NCBI RefSeq assembly: GCF_964194155.1
Contig: NC_135896.1
Coordinates: forward strand, 8,432,001-8,496,000
Origin: Cetorhinus maximus
Taxonomy: Eukaryota
DNA length: 64,000 nucleotides
Direction of reading: 5' to 3'
The notes below the pieces were generated by a model. That model saw only the letters and a program-made list of their open reading frames with translations. It had not been told where the DNA came from and did no database searches. Made by a program: the position numbers and the translations under genes. Below, piece by piece: positions 39,894-52,402 of this stretch. How positions within the stretch are numbered: position 1 is the stretch's first letter; each line of letters begins with the position of its first letter.

Positions 39894-41584
39894 GCTGGCA
39901 TAGGCATAGGCATATTTGGGTTAATGGCCTCCTTCTGTGCTGTACGATTCTATGATTCTGCAATATGTCACACGACAGCTTTGTTGAAGAACAGCAAGGT
40001 GGGAGATCCTTGTAAATAGGTTAAACTTACTGTACTGATCGTATGAAAATGTTTAACACTCTGTTACTAATATGTTGTGAAATCATTACCTAAATTCTGT
40101 TTGAAAACTTTAAAAGTTGAGGTTGCTTGATCACAACAGAGTTAACCTTTTCGGATTTTCTCTGTTCATGACGAATAGTTAACATGGCACAGCTGCTTTA
40201 CTCAAAATGACGACTGGTCAATTTCCTGATGTAGGGCATTCTCTATGTTAAAACTAGGAAACACAAAGCAGTCTCTACCACATGAGCATACATGTGTGGT
40301 GAAAATATTTCAATTAAAAAGGCACAAGCCTTTCTTGTTTGAGAACATGGCTTTGATTGGTTTTATGTTAAAAAAATTGACGTGGCACAGAAGTAAAGGT
40401 TGCTTGTGTTTGGATTCCTGTTGTGCCTCTGTAAAAACAGTGGCTGATCTTTACAGGGGGAAGTGCTGAGGGTGAGGGATGTGAATTAACACACGCTAGT
40501 GGGGTGACATGATAGATAGAGTGCCCCAAGGTTAGCAACTAACGAATGGCATTGATTCAGTTCCCTCACTGTTGGGCTGCTTAACTCCTCTAAAGTCGAT
40601 TCCTTGATTATGTCATCACCATTCCCTGTTTCAACCAGGTGAACAGCAGCGGAATGAAAAAATTAATTGTGATTCTGTGCCAGGTCTTTTGCAAAGGTTT
40701 GGTTTGAAAAAAGGCATACTGATGAAGTGTCTTCTTGAAATAGGTTTCATCTGAGCTGATTTCCAAGGGGCCTTTTTATTAATAACTAAAGTGACTGTGA
40801 TACACTTAATGCAGAACTTGCTTTCTGTTTTTAGTATTCGCATTTATGTCCTGAGTTCTGTGGAAGTGTTCAAGTATTGGGAAATTAAGGGCACGGATTT
40901 TGTAAAGACAAAACATGTTTGAGTAACCTGATCGAATTCACTGATGAAGTAACAGAGAAGTAATTTACAAAGTAATGTGGAAAAAGCTGGGGTGAGGGAC
41001 TAAATTGAAAATTTTCTTCGCTGCCATCATCAACCCTTCTTCAAAGAGATCAATCAGGTTAGTCAGACATGATTTGCTTTTGTCAAATCCGTGCTGGTTT
41101 TCTCTTATTAACTCATGCATCCCCAAGTGAGAATTACTTTTGTCCTTGCTAGTGGTGTTTAATTGTTTCCCCATGACTGACTCTAGACTGATTGGCCTGT
41201 AGTTGCTAGGTTTTTCCCCCTCCACTTTTTTGAATAGCAGTGTACATTTACAATTCTGTAACTGCTCCAATATTGGGCTGATAAGTGGCAAGTAGCACTG
41301 GTGCCACACAAGCGCCAGGCATTGACCATCTCCAACAAGAGAGAAACCAACTGCCTCCCCTTCACACTCGTTTTTTTTATTTGTTCATGGGATGTGGGCA
41401 TCGCTGGCTAGGCCAGCATTTATTGCTGAGCTAGCGAAAGTCCAGATCCCCTGAATTAAAAATTTAAAAATGAAAGAATTAAAAATAAATTCAAGGAGGA
41501 TTGAATGATTGTGGTCAGATCTTCTGCTATCTCCACTCTAGCTTCCCTTAGCTTCTGTTCTGGATCGGTAGACTTGTTAAATTT

Positions 41585-43420
41585 TTATCCTTTCACAGGA
41601 TGTGGGCGTTGCTGGCTAGGCCAGCACTTTTATTGCCCATCCCTTAATTGCCCTTGAGAAGATGGTGGTGAGCTGCTGCCTTGAACTTCTGCAGTCCACG
41701 TGGTGTAGGTGCACCCACAGTGCTGTTAGGGAGGGAGTTCCAATATTTTCACCCAGCGACAGTGAAGGAACGGTGATTATAGTTCCAAGTCAGGATACCA
41801 ATGATGCTCACATCCCATGAACAAGTAAAGAAGAAAAAATGTCAGGATGATGTGTGACTTGGAGGGGAGCTTGCAGGTGGTGGTGTTCCCACACGTCTGC
41901 TGCTTGTCCTTATAGGTGGTAGAGGTCGTGGGTTTGTAAGGTACTGTCGAAGGAGTCTAGATGAGTTGCTGCATTGCATCTTGTAATGGTACACACTGTT
42001 GCCACTGTGCATCGGTGGTGGAAGGAGTGTATATTGAAGGTGGTGGATGAAGTACCAATCAAATGGACTGCTTTGTCCTGGGTGGTATTGAGCTTCTGGA
42101 GTGTTATTGGAGCTGCACTCATCCAGGCAAGTGGAGAGTATTCCATCACACCCCTGACTTGTGCCTTGTAGATAGTGGACAGGCTTTGGGGAGTCAGGAG
42201 GTGAGTTACTATCCACAGAATTCCCAGCTTCCGACCTGCTCTTGTAGTTGCAGTATTTATATATTTTTAAAATTCATTTACAGGATGTGGGCATCGCTGG
42301 CTAGGCCAGCATTTATTGCCCATCCATAATTGAGAAGGTGGTGCTGAGCTGCCTTCTTGAACTGCTGCAGTCCACGTGGTGAGAGTACAGTTCAGTTTCT
42401 TGTCAATAGTAACTCCCAGGACATTGATAGTGGGGGATTCAGCAATAGTAATGCCATTGAGTGTCAAGGGGGGGCTGGTTAGATTCTCTCTTGTTGGAGA
42501 TGGTCATTGCCTGGCACTTGTGTGGCGTGAATGTTACTTACCACTTGTTCGCCTAAGCCTGGATTTTGTCCAGGTCTTGCTGCATATGGGCACAGACTGT
42601 TTCACAGACTGAGTCACAAATGGTGCCGAATATTGTGCAATCATCAGCGAACATCCCCATTTTTGACCTTATGATGAAAGGAAAGTTATTGATGAAGAAG
42701 CTGTAGATGGTTGAGCCTAGGACACTACCTTGAGGAACTCCTGCAGTGATGTCCTGGAGTTGATGATTGACCTCCAACAACCACAACTATCTTCTTTTGT
42801 GCTGGGTGTGACTCCAGCCAGTGGAGAGCTTAACCCTGATTCCCATTGACTCCAGTTTTGTTAGAGCTCTTTGATCACACTCGGTTAAATGTTGCCTTGA
42901 TGTCAAGGGCATTCACTCACCTCACCTCTGGAGTTCAGCTGTTTTGCCCATGTTTGAACCAAGGCTGTAATGCGGTCAGGAGCTGAGTGGCCCTGGAGGA
43001 ACCCAAACTGAGCTTTAGTGCGGAGGTTATTGCTGAGTACAGGCTTGACAGCACTGTTAATGACCCTTCCATCATTTTGCTGATGATCAAGTGTGGACTG
43101 ATGGGGTGGTAATTAGATTGGATTTGTCCTACTTTTTGTGGACAGGACATTTTCCACGTTGCCAGGTAGATGCCAGTGTTGTAGATGTACTGGTACAGCT
43201 TGACTAGGGCTGCAGCTAGTTCTGGAGCATAAGATTTCAGCACTATTGCTAGAATGTTGTCAGGGCCCATAACCTTTGCATTGTCCAGTGGCTTCAGCCA
43301 TTTCTTGATATTACATGGAGTGAATTGAATTGGCAGAAGACTTGCATCTGTGATGCTGGGGACCTCAGGAGGAACCTGAGATGGATCATCCACCTAGCAC
43401 TTTTGGCTGAAGATTGTTGC
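41585..43420 (-). mobile_element. Family B LINE 3' half with two self-family tail insertions
   Basis: ORFs containing MEYSPLAWMSAAP, GVPQGSVLG..MFADDC and VMGPDNILAIVLK. Confidence 0.88.
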
Positions 43421-43809
43421 CTGGCAATCCCAATTTGGCGTTAAATTGCTCATGACGACGTCAGGAGGGGTTCCCACCGCATCGCGAGATTATGCTAGGT
43501 GGGCACGCCCACTGTCAATTAAAGGGCCAATCGACTATAATTTTGAACAGCCGGTTTATTATTACGCTTGGCGCATGGGCGAAACGGGCAGGCAGGAATC
43601 GTATATTTTCAACTTTCTGGATCCAGGGCGAGATATAAGGGCCAGAAGGAATAGAGAAGTGAGAAGGTAGGAGTTTAAAATTGAGTTGTGAATCTGTACA
43701 TTACTGATTTAGTGAAGCATCCTGTTTGTTGACATTAGTTTAGGAGGCTTAAATCGTTTCAGAGGCTTTTTGCAGACAGTCTTCATCATAAGTTAGGTGA
43801 AGCAGAAGG

Positions 43810-46185
43810 ATTGAGATAGGCATTGGTCAATCTGCTGGAGGGACTTCCTCAGATGAGGAAGAGAGGCTGCAGAAAGCATAGTAGAGTCTGCCCTCAAGAC
43901 TAAGAGGCACAGCCTGAAGGGATGGAAGGCCAGCAAGCATTGTGAGGGAGAAGGGCAGGAGGAGACGCCAATACCCTGTTACAAGAGAGTATACAGGCTG
44001 AGATCCAGCTACCTTGAGATGACCAAGGTCTGGTGCCGAAGAAGGCTACGCCTCTCAAGGGAGACAGTGACCTTTCAATACGTAACATGATAGGCCCTGA
44101 GGTCGCATCAAATTGTGCAGGTGGGCACCCAATGCCAGTGGGGCTAAAGGTTGCCCTTAATTTTTATGCCTTGGGTTCATTCCAGGAGTCTGCGGGAGAT
44201 CCTTGCGGAGTGTTACAATCTGCAGCTCACAGCTACATAAAGCTTGTGACGGATGCACTGTTCCCAGGGTCAACACCTTTATACATTACGAGACAGATGA
44301 GGACAGCCAGGCAGAGTGATCCAGAGGATTCGTAGCTATAGCAGGCGTTCCGATTCAAGGAGCCATTGATTGCATACGTGCCCATCAAGGCACCTGTGGG
44401 AGAGTCGGGGCCTTTGTAAATTGAAAGGGGTTCCATTCTCTGAACATCCAGCTAGTGTGCGATCACCAACATGAAACCCTGCAGGTTTGTGCCAGATATC
44501 CTGGGAGCTGCCATAATTCATATATTCTCCATCACTCCCAGGTGCCAAGACTGTTCATAGCTTGGATAGCTAGCTGCTGGGGATATCTGCATCAAAAGGT
44601 GGCTAATGACACCGATCAGACATCCAAGGATGCCCGCGGAGGAGAGGTACAACTGGGCTCATGCCTCCACTAGGGCCATCATTGAGAGGACAGTAGGCCT
44701 CCTCAAAATGAGGTTTCGCTGTCTGGACCAGTCCTCCAGAACACGTATAAGAACTAGGAGCAGGAGTAGGCAATTCAGCCCATCGAGCCTGACCCGCCAT
44801 TCATTATGATCCTGGCTGAACTCATTTCGGCTTCAACTCCAATTTCCCGTCCTCTCCCCATAACCTTTCAACCCATTATTAATTAAAAATCTGTCAATCT
44901 CCTCAAATTTATTCAGTGTCCCGGCATCCGCTGCACTCTAAGGTAGTGAATTCCACAGATTCACGACCCTTTGATAAAAGTAATTCCTCCTCGTCTGATT
45001 TAAATCTACCATCCCTTAGCCTCTCGTTCTAGCATGCCCCACAAGGGGAAACATCCGCTCCACGTCTACTTTGTCTATCTCCTTTAGCATCTTATATACC
45101 TCAATTAGATCTCCTCTCATCCTTCTAAGCTCTAGTGAGTGTAGGCCTAAACTGCTCAGTCTATCCTCATAAGACAAGCCCCGCATCTCTTGAATCAATC
45201 TAGTGAACTGCCTCTGAACCGCCTCCAGTGCAACTACATCCTTTCTTAAGTAAGGGGACCAAAACTGTGCACAGTACTCCAGGTGCGGTCTCACCAATGC
45301 CTTGTACAGTTGCAACAACACTTACCTATTTTTATACTCTATTCCTTTAGCAATAAATGCCAAAATTCCACTTGCCTTCCTTATTACCTGCTGTACCTGC
45401 ATACTAGCTTTCAGCGATTCATGCACGAGGACACCCAGATCCCTCTGCACTGAAGCATTCTGAAGTTTCTCTCCATTTAAATAATAAGTCGCCTTTTTAT
45501 TCTCCCGACCAAAATAGACAATCTCACACTTATCCATGTTAAACTCCATCTGCCAGATTTTGGCCCATTCACCTAACCTGTCCATATCCATTTGTAAAAT
45601 TCTTATTTCTTCATTGCAATTTACTTTCCCACCTATTTTGGTTTCATCTGCAAATTTAGCTATAGTACCTTCTATCCCTGAATCCAAGTCATTAATATAG
45701 ATTGTAAATAGTTGGGGCCCAAGGACCGAACCCTGTGCCACCCCACTAGTTACAGCTTGCCATCCAGAAAAAGACCCACTTATCCCGACTCTCTTGCTTT
45801 CTGTTGGTTAGCCAATCCTCTATCCAAGCTAATATATTACCCCCAGCTCCGTGTGATCTTACCTTGTGTATTAATCTTTTGTGCGACACCTTATCAAAGG
45901 CCTCCTGGAAGTCCAGATATACTACATCTACAGGATCCCCATTATCCACTTTGCTTGTCACATCTCCAAAGAACTCTAGCAAATTAGTCAAACACGATTT
46001 ACTCTTCATAAAACCATTATACCTTATAGTGGTTGTGTGCCTGTGCCCTTCACAGTCCGACTGTCTCAAGAGGAGAGCGGGTGAAGAAAGCGATGTGCTT
46101 CCAGAGCTGCTGAGGAAGAATCTTGCACTAACTCTGAGGAAGAACCTGATCAGCCACAGGGTCATGAAGATGATCCAGCAATGAG
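43810..46185 (+). pseudogene. Harbinger DDE transposase (HARBI1-like), frameshifted and split by CR1
   Basis: RRRLRLSRETV, ALNFYALGSFQ, GAID, CARYPGSCHNS and YNWAHASTRAIIERTVGLLKMRFRCLD. It resumes as IVVVC after the CR1. Confidence 0.88.
44746..46017 (-). mobile_element. 5'-truncated CR1 (RT) inserted in the Harbinger transposase
   Basis: KSCLTNLLEFF, YLDFQEAFDKV, QGSVLGPQLF and RPHLEYC motifs plus the CR1 tail. Confidence 0.93.
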
Positions 46186-46558
46186 GCAGCTTTTATGGGA
46201 TGGGGGGTGGGGGGTGGGAGGTGGTCCTTGATTCAAAGTAGTTTCCTGTAGGACTCCAAAGCTTTGCAAACGGACTGTCACTTTACTGCCTAGGGCTCAT
46301 GAAGCTCTCCTGGCACCATCCTCTCCTGTCCCTCCTCCTAAAATACACTATCCAGCCCAACTGATGCCGTACACAAAATTGCAGACCTCCTCCCTAACTA
46401 TCACAGAAAGCACAATAAGGCCATTTGACATGATGTCACGTTTTAATAGTGATGTGTGACAGCTATATACAACATTACGCAAGTGACAATAAGAAAGAAT
46501 TTGCCCATGAAAGCAATGTGATTATAGTGATTTAAATTTCCGTGTATGAGTGCTATGT

Positions 46559-48110
46559 CTAGGTGCTTCCCCATCGCTGGCAGCTGCAATGGAGGCAGGC
46601 TGCTGACTCTGATACCCTTTTGGCCTTGATGACTTTGGCGGCCATCCTCTGGTCACCAGGGCCTGTTTGGACTGGAGGGTCCAGCATTATGGCTGGGCAT
46701 TCCTCAGTCATCGCGGTCTCCTCAGATACAACAGTTACTGGCAGAAAGGTGGAGGAGCCGCTGCCATCATCAGGAGTGCCCTGAGAGGAGCCCCCAGACG
46801 CATGGAGCTGTAGGTCGTCCATCAACATGAGGTTTGCTTGAACCTCCCTGCTCACCATAAATGGATGAGCAGCTAGCAGCGTCACTAGGTGCCTCCTCCA
46901 TTTCTCACATTGGCAGTGAGCTGCAGAGGCCAATGCCAGTGTGTGGACTCGAAGGTCTGAATGCAATCCCAGAAACCCCTGATTGAGTCCCTGGAGCTTC
47001 CACTTCGAACTGCCACTCTCTCCACGGAGGATGCTGTGTGCCTGCATGGACTCCTCCATTACCGAGACCATGGCATGCAAACCCTCAAGAATTCCTGCCA
47101 GATCTTCACGTTCATCCCGCTGGACACCCAGCATTTGCAACCTAATAGATGTCTCTGGAGGCTCATCATCTGCCTGGGGCTCAGCATCATCCTGTCTGCA
47201 GGAAAGTTCTGACTATCGGAACCCGGTGGACTCTCTGCCTCCGCCATCTCCTCAAGTGAATATGGTGTGACTTCCCCAGTGTGTTCTACCATCTGTCCTG
47301 GAGCCCTCAAATCCACCGAAGTGCCTGTACCTGAGGTGGTGCAAGGTACAGAGAAAAGATGTGACACGGGTGCACCTGGCTGGACATCGTTTTCTGATGT
47401 CAATGGAGAGTCTTGTGGATCATTTAGTGGTCTGGAGGATGTTCCATCTGAGAGAGGTAAAACATTTTTGAGTATCCATCAGCACTTAGAATTCAGAGTC
47501 CATGCATTCTGTTAGATTCTGAATTGGAATTCTGGCTAAGATACGGCTTCTGAATGGACGAACATAAGGGATTAGTAGACTCCACCTGTCAGTCTTACAC
47601 CCGTGGCCTTACATTTTGTATATGTTCCCCCAATCTTGTTGATGTCCACTGGACTCTTGCCTTCCTCCGAAACCACTGCCTCTTCGCGACCAGTGGATCT
47701 TGCTCCACGCTCGCACGCCATTCCCAGAATCTGCTCCTCCACCAGAGTTAGCAACGCCAGATTCGGTACTCCATTACCAGTTCGTCTTTGCTCCTGGGCA
47801 TTGTGACTCCTCCTGTAAGGACAATAGTGCTTTCATGAGTTCCCCCTCTATATGCCCGAACATTGCATCCTCCTCCCCTAATATCGCTGGTTTAACTGCC
47901 CAGCACACTGCGGGACTTCGCCCTTCCATACATGCCTGCTATCCTGTCTAGTCCCATGCAGTCTACAGGGGCACAGGAACATGAACTTAAGCTCGTGGCT
48001 TTACAATGGAGAGCCCCAGCAAGAGCGAATCCACACACACGCATTAATTGAAGGTTACATGGGGCCTTAATACTCACCCTTGCAGAGCGGAGAAGATCAT
48101 TGACCCTCCC
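46559..48110 (-). pseudogene. Harbinger Myb/SANT-like partner gene with introns, convergent with the transposase
   Basis: Exon remnants RVNDLLRSAR|gtgagt (ends 48078), SHNAQEQRRTGNGVPNLALLTLVEEQILG (from 47812) and a long last exon (47448-46559). Confidence 0.7.
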
Positions 48111-49442
48111 CGGCTACTGACTAGAAATGCCACCTCTGACCAAGCCTCCTTTTTTAGATGTGGGCCGCCTGCCCCTAAAACTTTGCATCATGCCGACCTC
48201 CTTTTTTAAAATCTATTTTCATGCTATCCAATATTCCTACTCCCCTCTCCTCTACTCTGACATTAACTTCACCTTCTTGTGAAGACAGATGCAAAGTACC
48301 ATTTATGAAGAATACTCTTAGTAGGATGCAAAGTATCATTTCAAAATTAGTGTGAGCTACACATTTGTCACGCTGAATGTATTGCACAAATTGAGAAAGT
48401 CTGCTTCACCTTGGGCTCAGAGGTTGTGCAGAGAATTAATCGAGTGTGTGGAGTTTTGGTTTGGCACCATGAACTGGGATAAATCCTGCCCATAGAGATG
48501 TATGAAATACAAGTTGAGGGAAACCAACAGTGTTGCAAAAGATGAAATAAGGACAGGGTAATGCATTTATGATAGTGAATTTGAAGACTAGGAAAGGAGA
48601 GAGAAATCAATGTAGCGTCAGTCATCCCTATAACCCCTTTTTTCTCGTAACCCTGCAAATTAATCCTCTTTGGACTCGATAGCAACATATAAAAGAGAAT
48701 TGGAGAAATATGTGTTGGGAGAAAAGTTACAGAGCTGTGGGGAAATAGCCCTACTGAAGAGCCGGCACAGGCTTGATGGACCAAATGGCCTCTTTTGCTG
48801 CTGCACTGTTCTGTGATGCTATGATTCTTCAAGTACATGTCTAACTTCCTTTTGGAAGCTCCTATGGAATCTGATTCTACAGCCTTTCAGGTTGTGTGTG
48901 CCAGATCTTAACTATCTTTTATGTGAAGAAATTTCCCCTTGCTTCGCCTCCTGCTCTTTTAACAATTATTTTAAATCTATAGCCTCTGGTTGTTAATTGT
49001 ATCAACTGAAGTTAAGTACATGCCGGTGGAGGGCATTGATATCTAAATAGAAACAATGTGCAGGGTTATGGGAAAAGGCAAGAGATCGATACTAAGTTAA
49101 AATGCTCAGAGAGCCAGTGCAGATACGATGGGCCGAATGGCCTCCTTCTACACGGTCACAATTCTCTGATTCTGTGATTGAATGGTTACTTGAGCACATA
49201 TAAAGAGACACATACTGACACGCGAGTTGAGTGGAGTCAGGAGATACATGTCTGTAATGTACCACTCTGTGAATAAGCCTATTCCAAGTAAAGAGTGGCT
49301 TTGGATTCTTCCTTCAGCAGCTGGCTATCAGATGTACAACACTGGTTATCACCCACTTGTCAGCGGAAATAGTTTCTCACCGCTTTCTCTATCAAACCCA
49401 TCCATAATTTTAAATGCCTCTGTCAAACCTCCTCTTAACCTT

Positions 49443-49578
49443 AAAAGAAAAACAAAATACTGCAGATGTTGGAAATCTGAAATAAAAACAAAGTGCTGGA
49501 AAGTCTCAGCAGGTCTGGCAACATCTGCCGAGAGAAAAAGAGTTAATATTTCGGGCCTAATATGACTTCTTCGGAGCT
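49443..49578. mobile_element. Penelope-type terminal-repeat single arm
   Basis: tactgcagatgttggaaatctgaaataaaaac...cagcaggtctggca. Degenerate hammerhead core on the minus strand (CCGAAGA...GAAA). Confidence 0.75.
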
Positions 49579-50120
49579 GTTCAAAATCAGTACAGAACTT
49601 TCAAAGGAGAATTAAATAATTACTTGAAGGAGAAACATTTGCAGGGATATGGGGACAGAGTGGGGGAACGGGACTAACTGAATTGCTTTTCAAAAGAGCT
49701 GGCTCACACTCAGTAAACCAAATGGCCACCACCTATGCTGTACGATTCCCTCTTCTCTCTTTCCTCCTCCTGCTCCTTTCACCTTTCCCCTTTCTTCCCC
49801 CGCTCTTTCCTCCCCCCCTCTCTCTCTCTCTCTCCTTCCCTCTCCTCACTGTCGTGCTGTAATTCCACATGTATTTTCTCATCTGTCCTTACCCATCAGC
49901 AGCATTCTCAATAGGAACAGTTACTCTGAGCATTTTTTCACAATCAGCTGCTGGCGCTCCGACTATTTGAAGTAGGAAAGTGGGGCTATTGATTCCACTC
50001 CCCAGTGTACACTGAGCACTTGCACCATTGGTCTCCCCCTTTAGTCATACATCCCACAGCTAATTATTAAATGCTTTACCTGACAGAAATGTCCATTACT
50101 ACCCCATGTCTAGTGATCAT

Positions 50121-51262
50121 GACCGGGATCTTCTGTGCCCGCTGGTGTCGGGCGTGTTCAGTGGCGTGGGCGGACAATATGGCACAATAGGTTTCAGGAC
50201 AGCGTGAAACCAGTTTGCGAGCGTCCACTCAGCCTGCCAATGGTGGGCTGCATTTCCCGCCATCAGACCTCATTGTAATACATCAGCATATCATTATAAG
50301 GCCAGCCTGCTGGACTCACCACCCCCCCTGCCTACCTTGCTTCGATCAGCCTTCACAGACAGCACCACATCACTTTTAGGGGGGCTCATGGGTAGCTCTC
50401 TACTTACCAGATCAGGCATATGTGGGTGGCATTTCAATGGCTGCAGGGCAAGGTCTTGCTTGGGGAAGGGGGAGAAGTGGCCTCAGGCAAGGGAAGAGGC
50501 TGCAGGACAAGAGCTGTACAGGGGAAAGAGCGTACACCAGGGTGTGTGGGGCACATGTTGATCTGTGCAAGTGGCCTCAAGATGGTGAGGGCTGAGGAGG
50601 CAGTCTCCAGAGGAGATGAGATGAGATGGACATGTGAGGGTAAGTGTGTGAGAGTGTGAGTGGTGATGTCCCTTGAGCTGGCAGAGAGTGAGATGCTTGT
50701 GAATGTGTGATGGGCTTGAGTGTGAGAGTTTAGAGTGATGAGATGGTTGCCATACCCTGCATGAGGTACAAACACCGGATGAGATCATTCATCCTGTATC
50801 TGCATTGGATGGCCAACCTCTTCTGTGCAGCATTGGCCTGCCATGCTGGATTGGTAGTGCCGCTGCCTGACCTGCAGCCAGAGCCAGGATGGAGGACATC
50901 ATGGTGGGCCTCCACGGCATCCAAATGGCATTCCAGTGACACGTCATTAAACCTGGGGGCTGCAGTCTTTTTGCCTTTCATGGACATCTTCTCTGCAGTA
51001 GTCGTGGGCTGGTAGCATAGAGATGTGTGCGTGCGACTGGACTTTAATCGTGGCGCCAGGTGTGATGAAGCGGTGAGGTGATGGTGTGGCAGGTGAGTGA
51101 GAGCTCGCCCGCCATGGAAATGTTGTGTTTCTCAGGAATGCATAAGTAATGCGGCGGGTTTGGGATGATACAGCGTGAAAACCCGCCATGCAGCCGGCAG
51201 GTAACTTGTCATTTTACCTGCCCACTACTGCACTTAGTGCAAATCTGGGACGATTCTGCCCC
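50121..51262 (-). mobile_element. Non-autonomous Harbinger derivative retaining the Myb/SANT N-terminal exon
   Basis: ORF 50730..50987 reads APRFNDVSLECHLDAVEAHHDVL...AW...QCRYRMNDL. Terminus gggcagaat. Confidence 0.75.
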
Positions 51263-52064
51263 ATAATTGCATTGGATTGGGCCCGGTTAAGAGTAAGTGC
51301 TCTTGAGGCCACTGATGATAACATTTGTAAATGACGTTGGGGATGATATTGAAAGCAGAATGGAAGCCTAGGTTTGCAGAGGCTGCCAACTTATGTGGCA
51401 AATGCAGGGTGTTTGGCCAAGAGGATGATGAGAACTACAAAGACTTTATCAGGTGGCTTGCATATGGTGTTTAAGGCTTGTAAGGTAATGCATGTTGATG
51501 CTAAAAATAGTGAAATGTTGGCATATTGTTAAATAGAGCGGGTGTAATAGCTGGCTAAGTAGCTGGCCAAATGTAGTAAGTTTCACAGCATAGGCAGCGG
51601 TTACAGGGGTAAATAGAATATTGCACTAAGAAGGAATTAGTAATCCTGCAATTCTGGAAAGTGCTGGTGAAGGCAGCATGCCAAATATTGTACTGTGATC
51701 ATTAAAGGGAGAAACATGGCAATGAGTTCTCAGTTCAACATCAACATACCCTCTGAGGGTTCTTAATCTTTGGAATTCTCTTCTCCAGAGAGTAATGGAG
51801 GCCGGGTTATTGAATATATTCAAGGCTGAGTCAGGCAGATTTTTGATTGACAAGGGAATCAAGGGTTTTGGGGCACAGGCAGGGAAGTGAGGTTGAGACC
51901 ACAATCAGATCAGCCATGATCCTGTTGAATGCCAAAGCAGGCTTGATGGGCCAAATGGCCTAGTCCTGTTCCTAGCTCTTATGATCATGTGAATGTTTTG
52001 AAAATTTGCCGGAGGTTTCTGGGGCGAAGCAGCTTAATTGGCACAGCTGAATAATGCAACTGTA

Positions 52065-52317
52065 TTTTGTTTTTGTACATACTAAAGGTCTTAGCACTGT
52101 CACCTGAGTTAGAGGGTTCAAGTCCCACTTCACAGCCTTAGGCAGATAACCTAGAATGGCGTTACAGTGCAGTGCAGTTCAGTGAGATGTAGGCTAATGT
52201 TAAGTTGAGGCCCTTTCTGTTCTTCAGGTGGGTGTAAAAGATTCCATGACACTACTTGAAAAAGAGCAGGAGAATCCTGGTGTCCTGCCAACATTTATCC
52301 CTCAATTAACATAATTT
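52065..52317 (+). mobile_element. Deu-domain SINE 5' part (3' part resumes at 58139-58300)
   Basis: gggttcaagtcccact...aagagcagg...acatttatccctcaa, continuing after the family B insertion. Confidence 0.75.
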
Positions 52318-52327
52318 GGGGAGGTAA

Positions 52328-52402
52328 TGGCGTAGTGGTATTGTCGCAGGACTAGTAATCCGGAGACCCAGAGTAATACTCTGGGGACCCGGGTTCGAAT
52401 CC
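52328..52402 (+). promoter_or_regulatory. Pol III type-2 internal promoter (A and B boxes)
   Basis: A box TGGCGTAGTGG at 52328-52338 and B box GGTTCGAATCC at 52392-52402. Confidence 0.75.

Larger units (their letters stand above)
39090..39960 (+). mobile_element. CR1 3' region interrupted by a Penelope-type palindrome
   Basis: RT C-terminal remnant and tail ttctatgattctg. Confidence 0.75.

Noticed and set aside
39615-40019. 134-aa ORF across the palindrome
   Set aside because: Chance open frame through a non-coding inverted repeat.
49750-49850. CT-rich tract (also the poly-C tract at ~917-934)
   Set aside because: Simple low-complexity sequence with no evidence of function.
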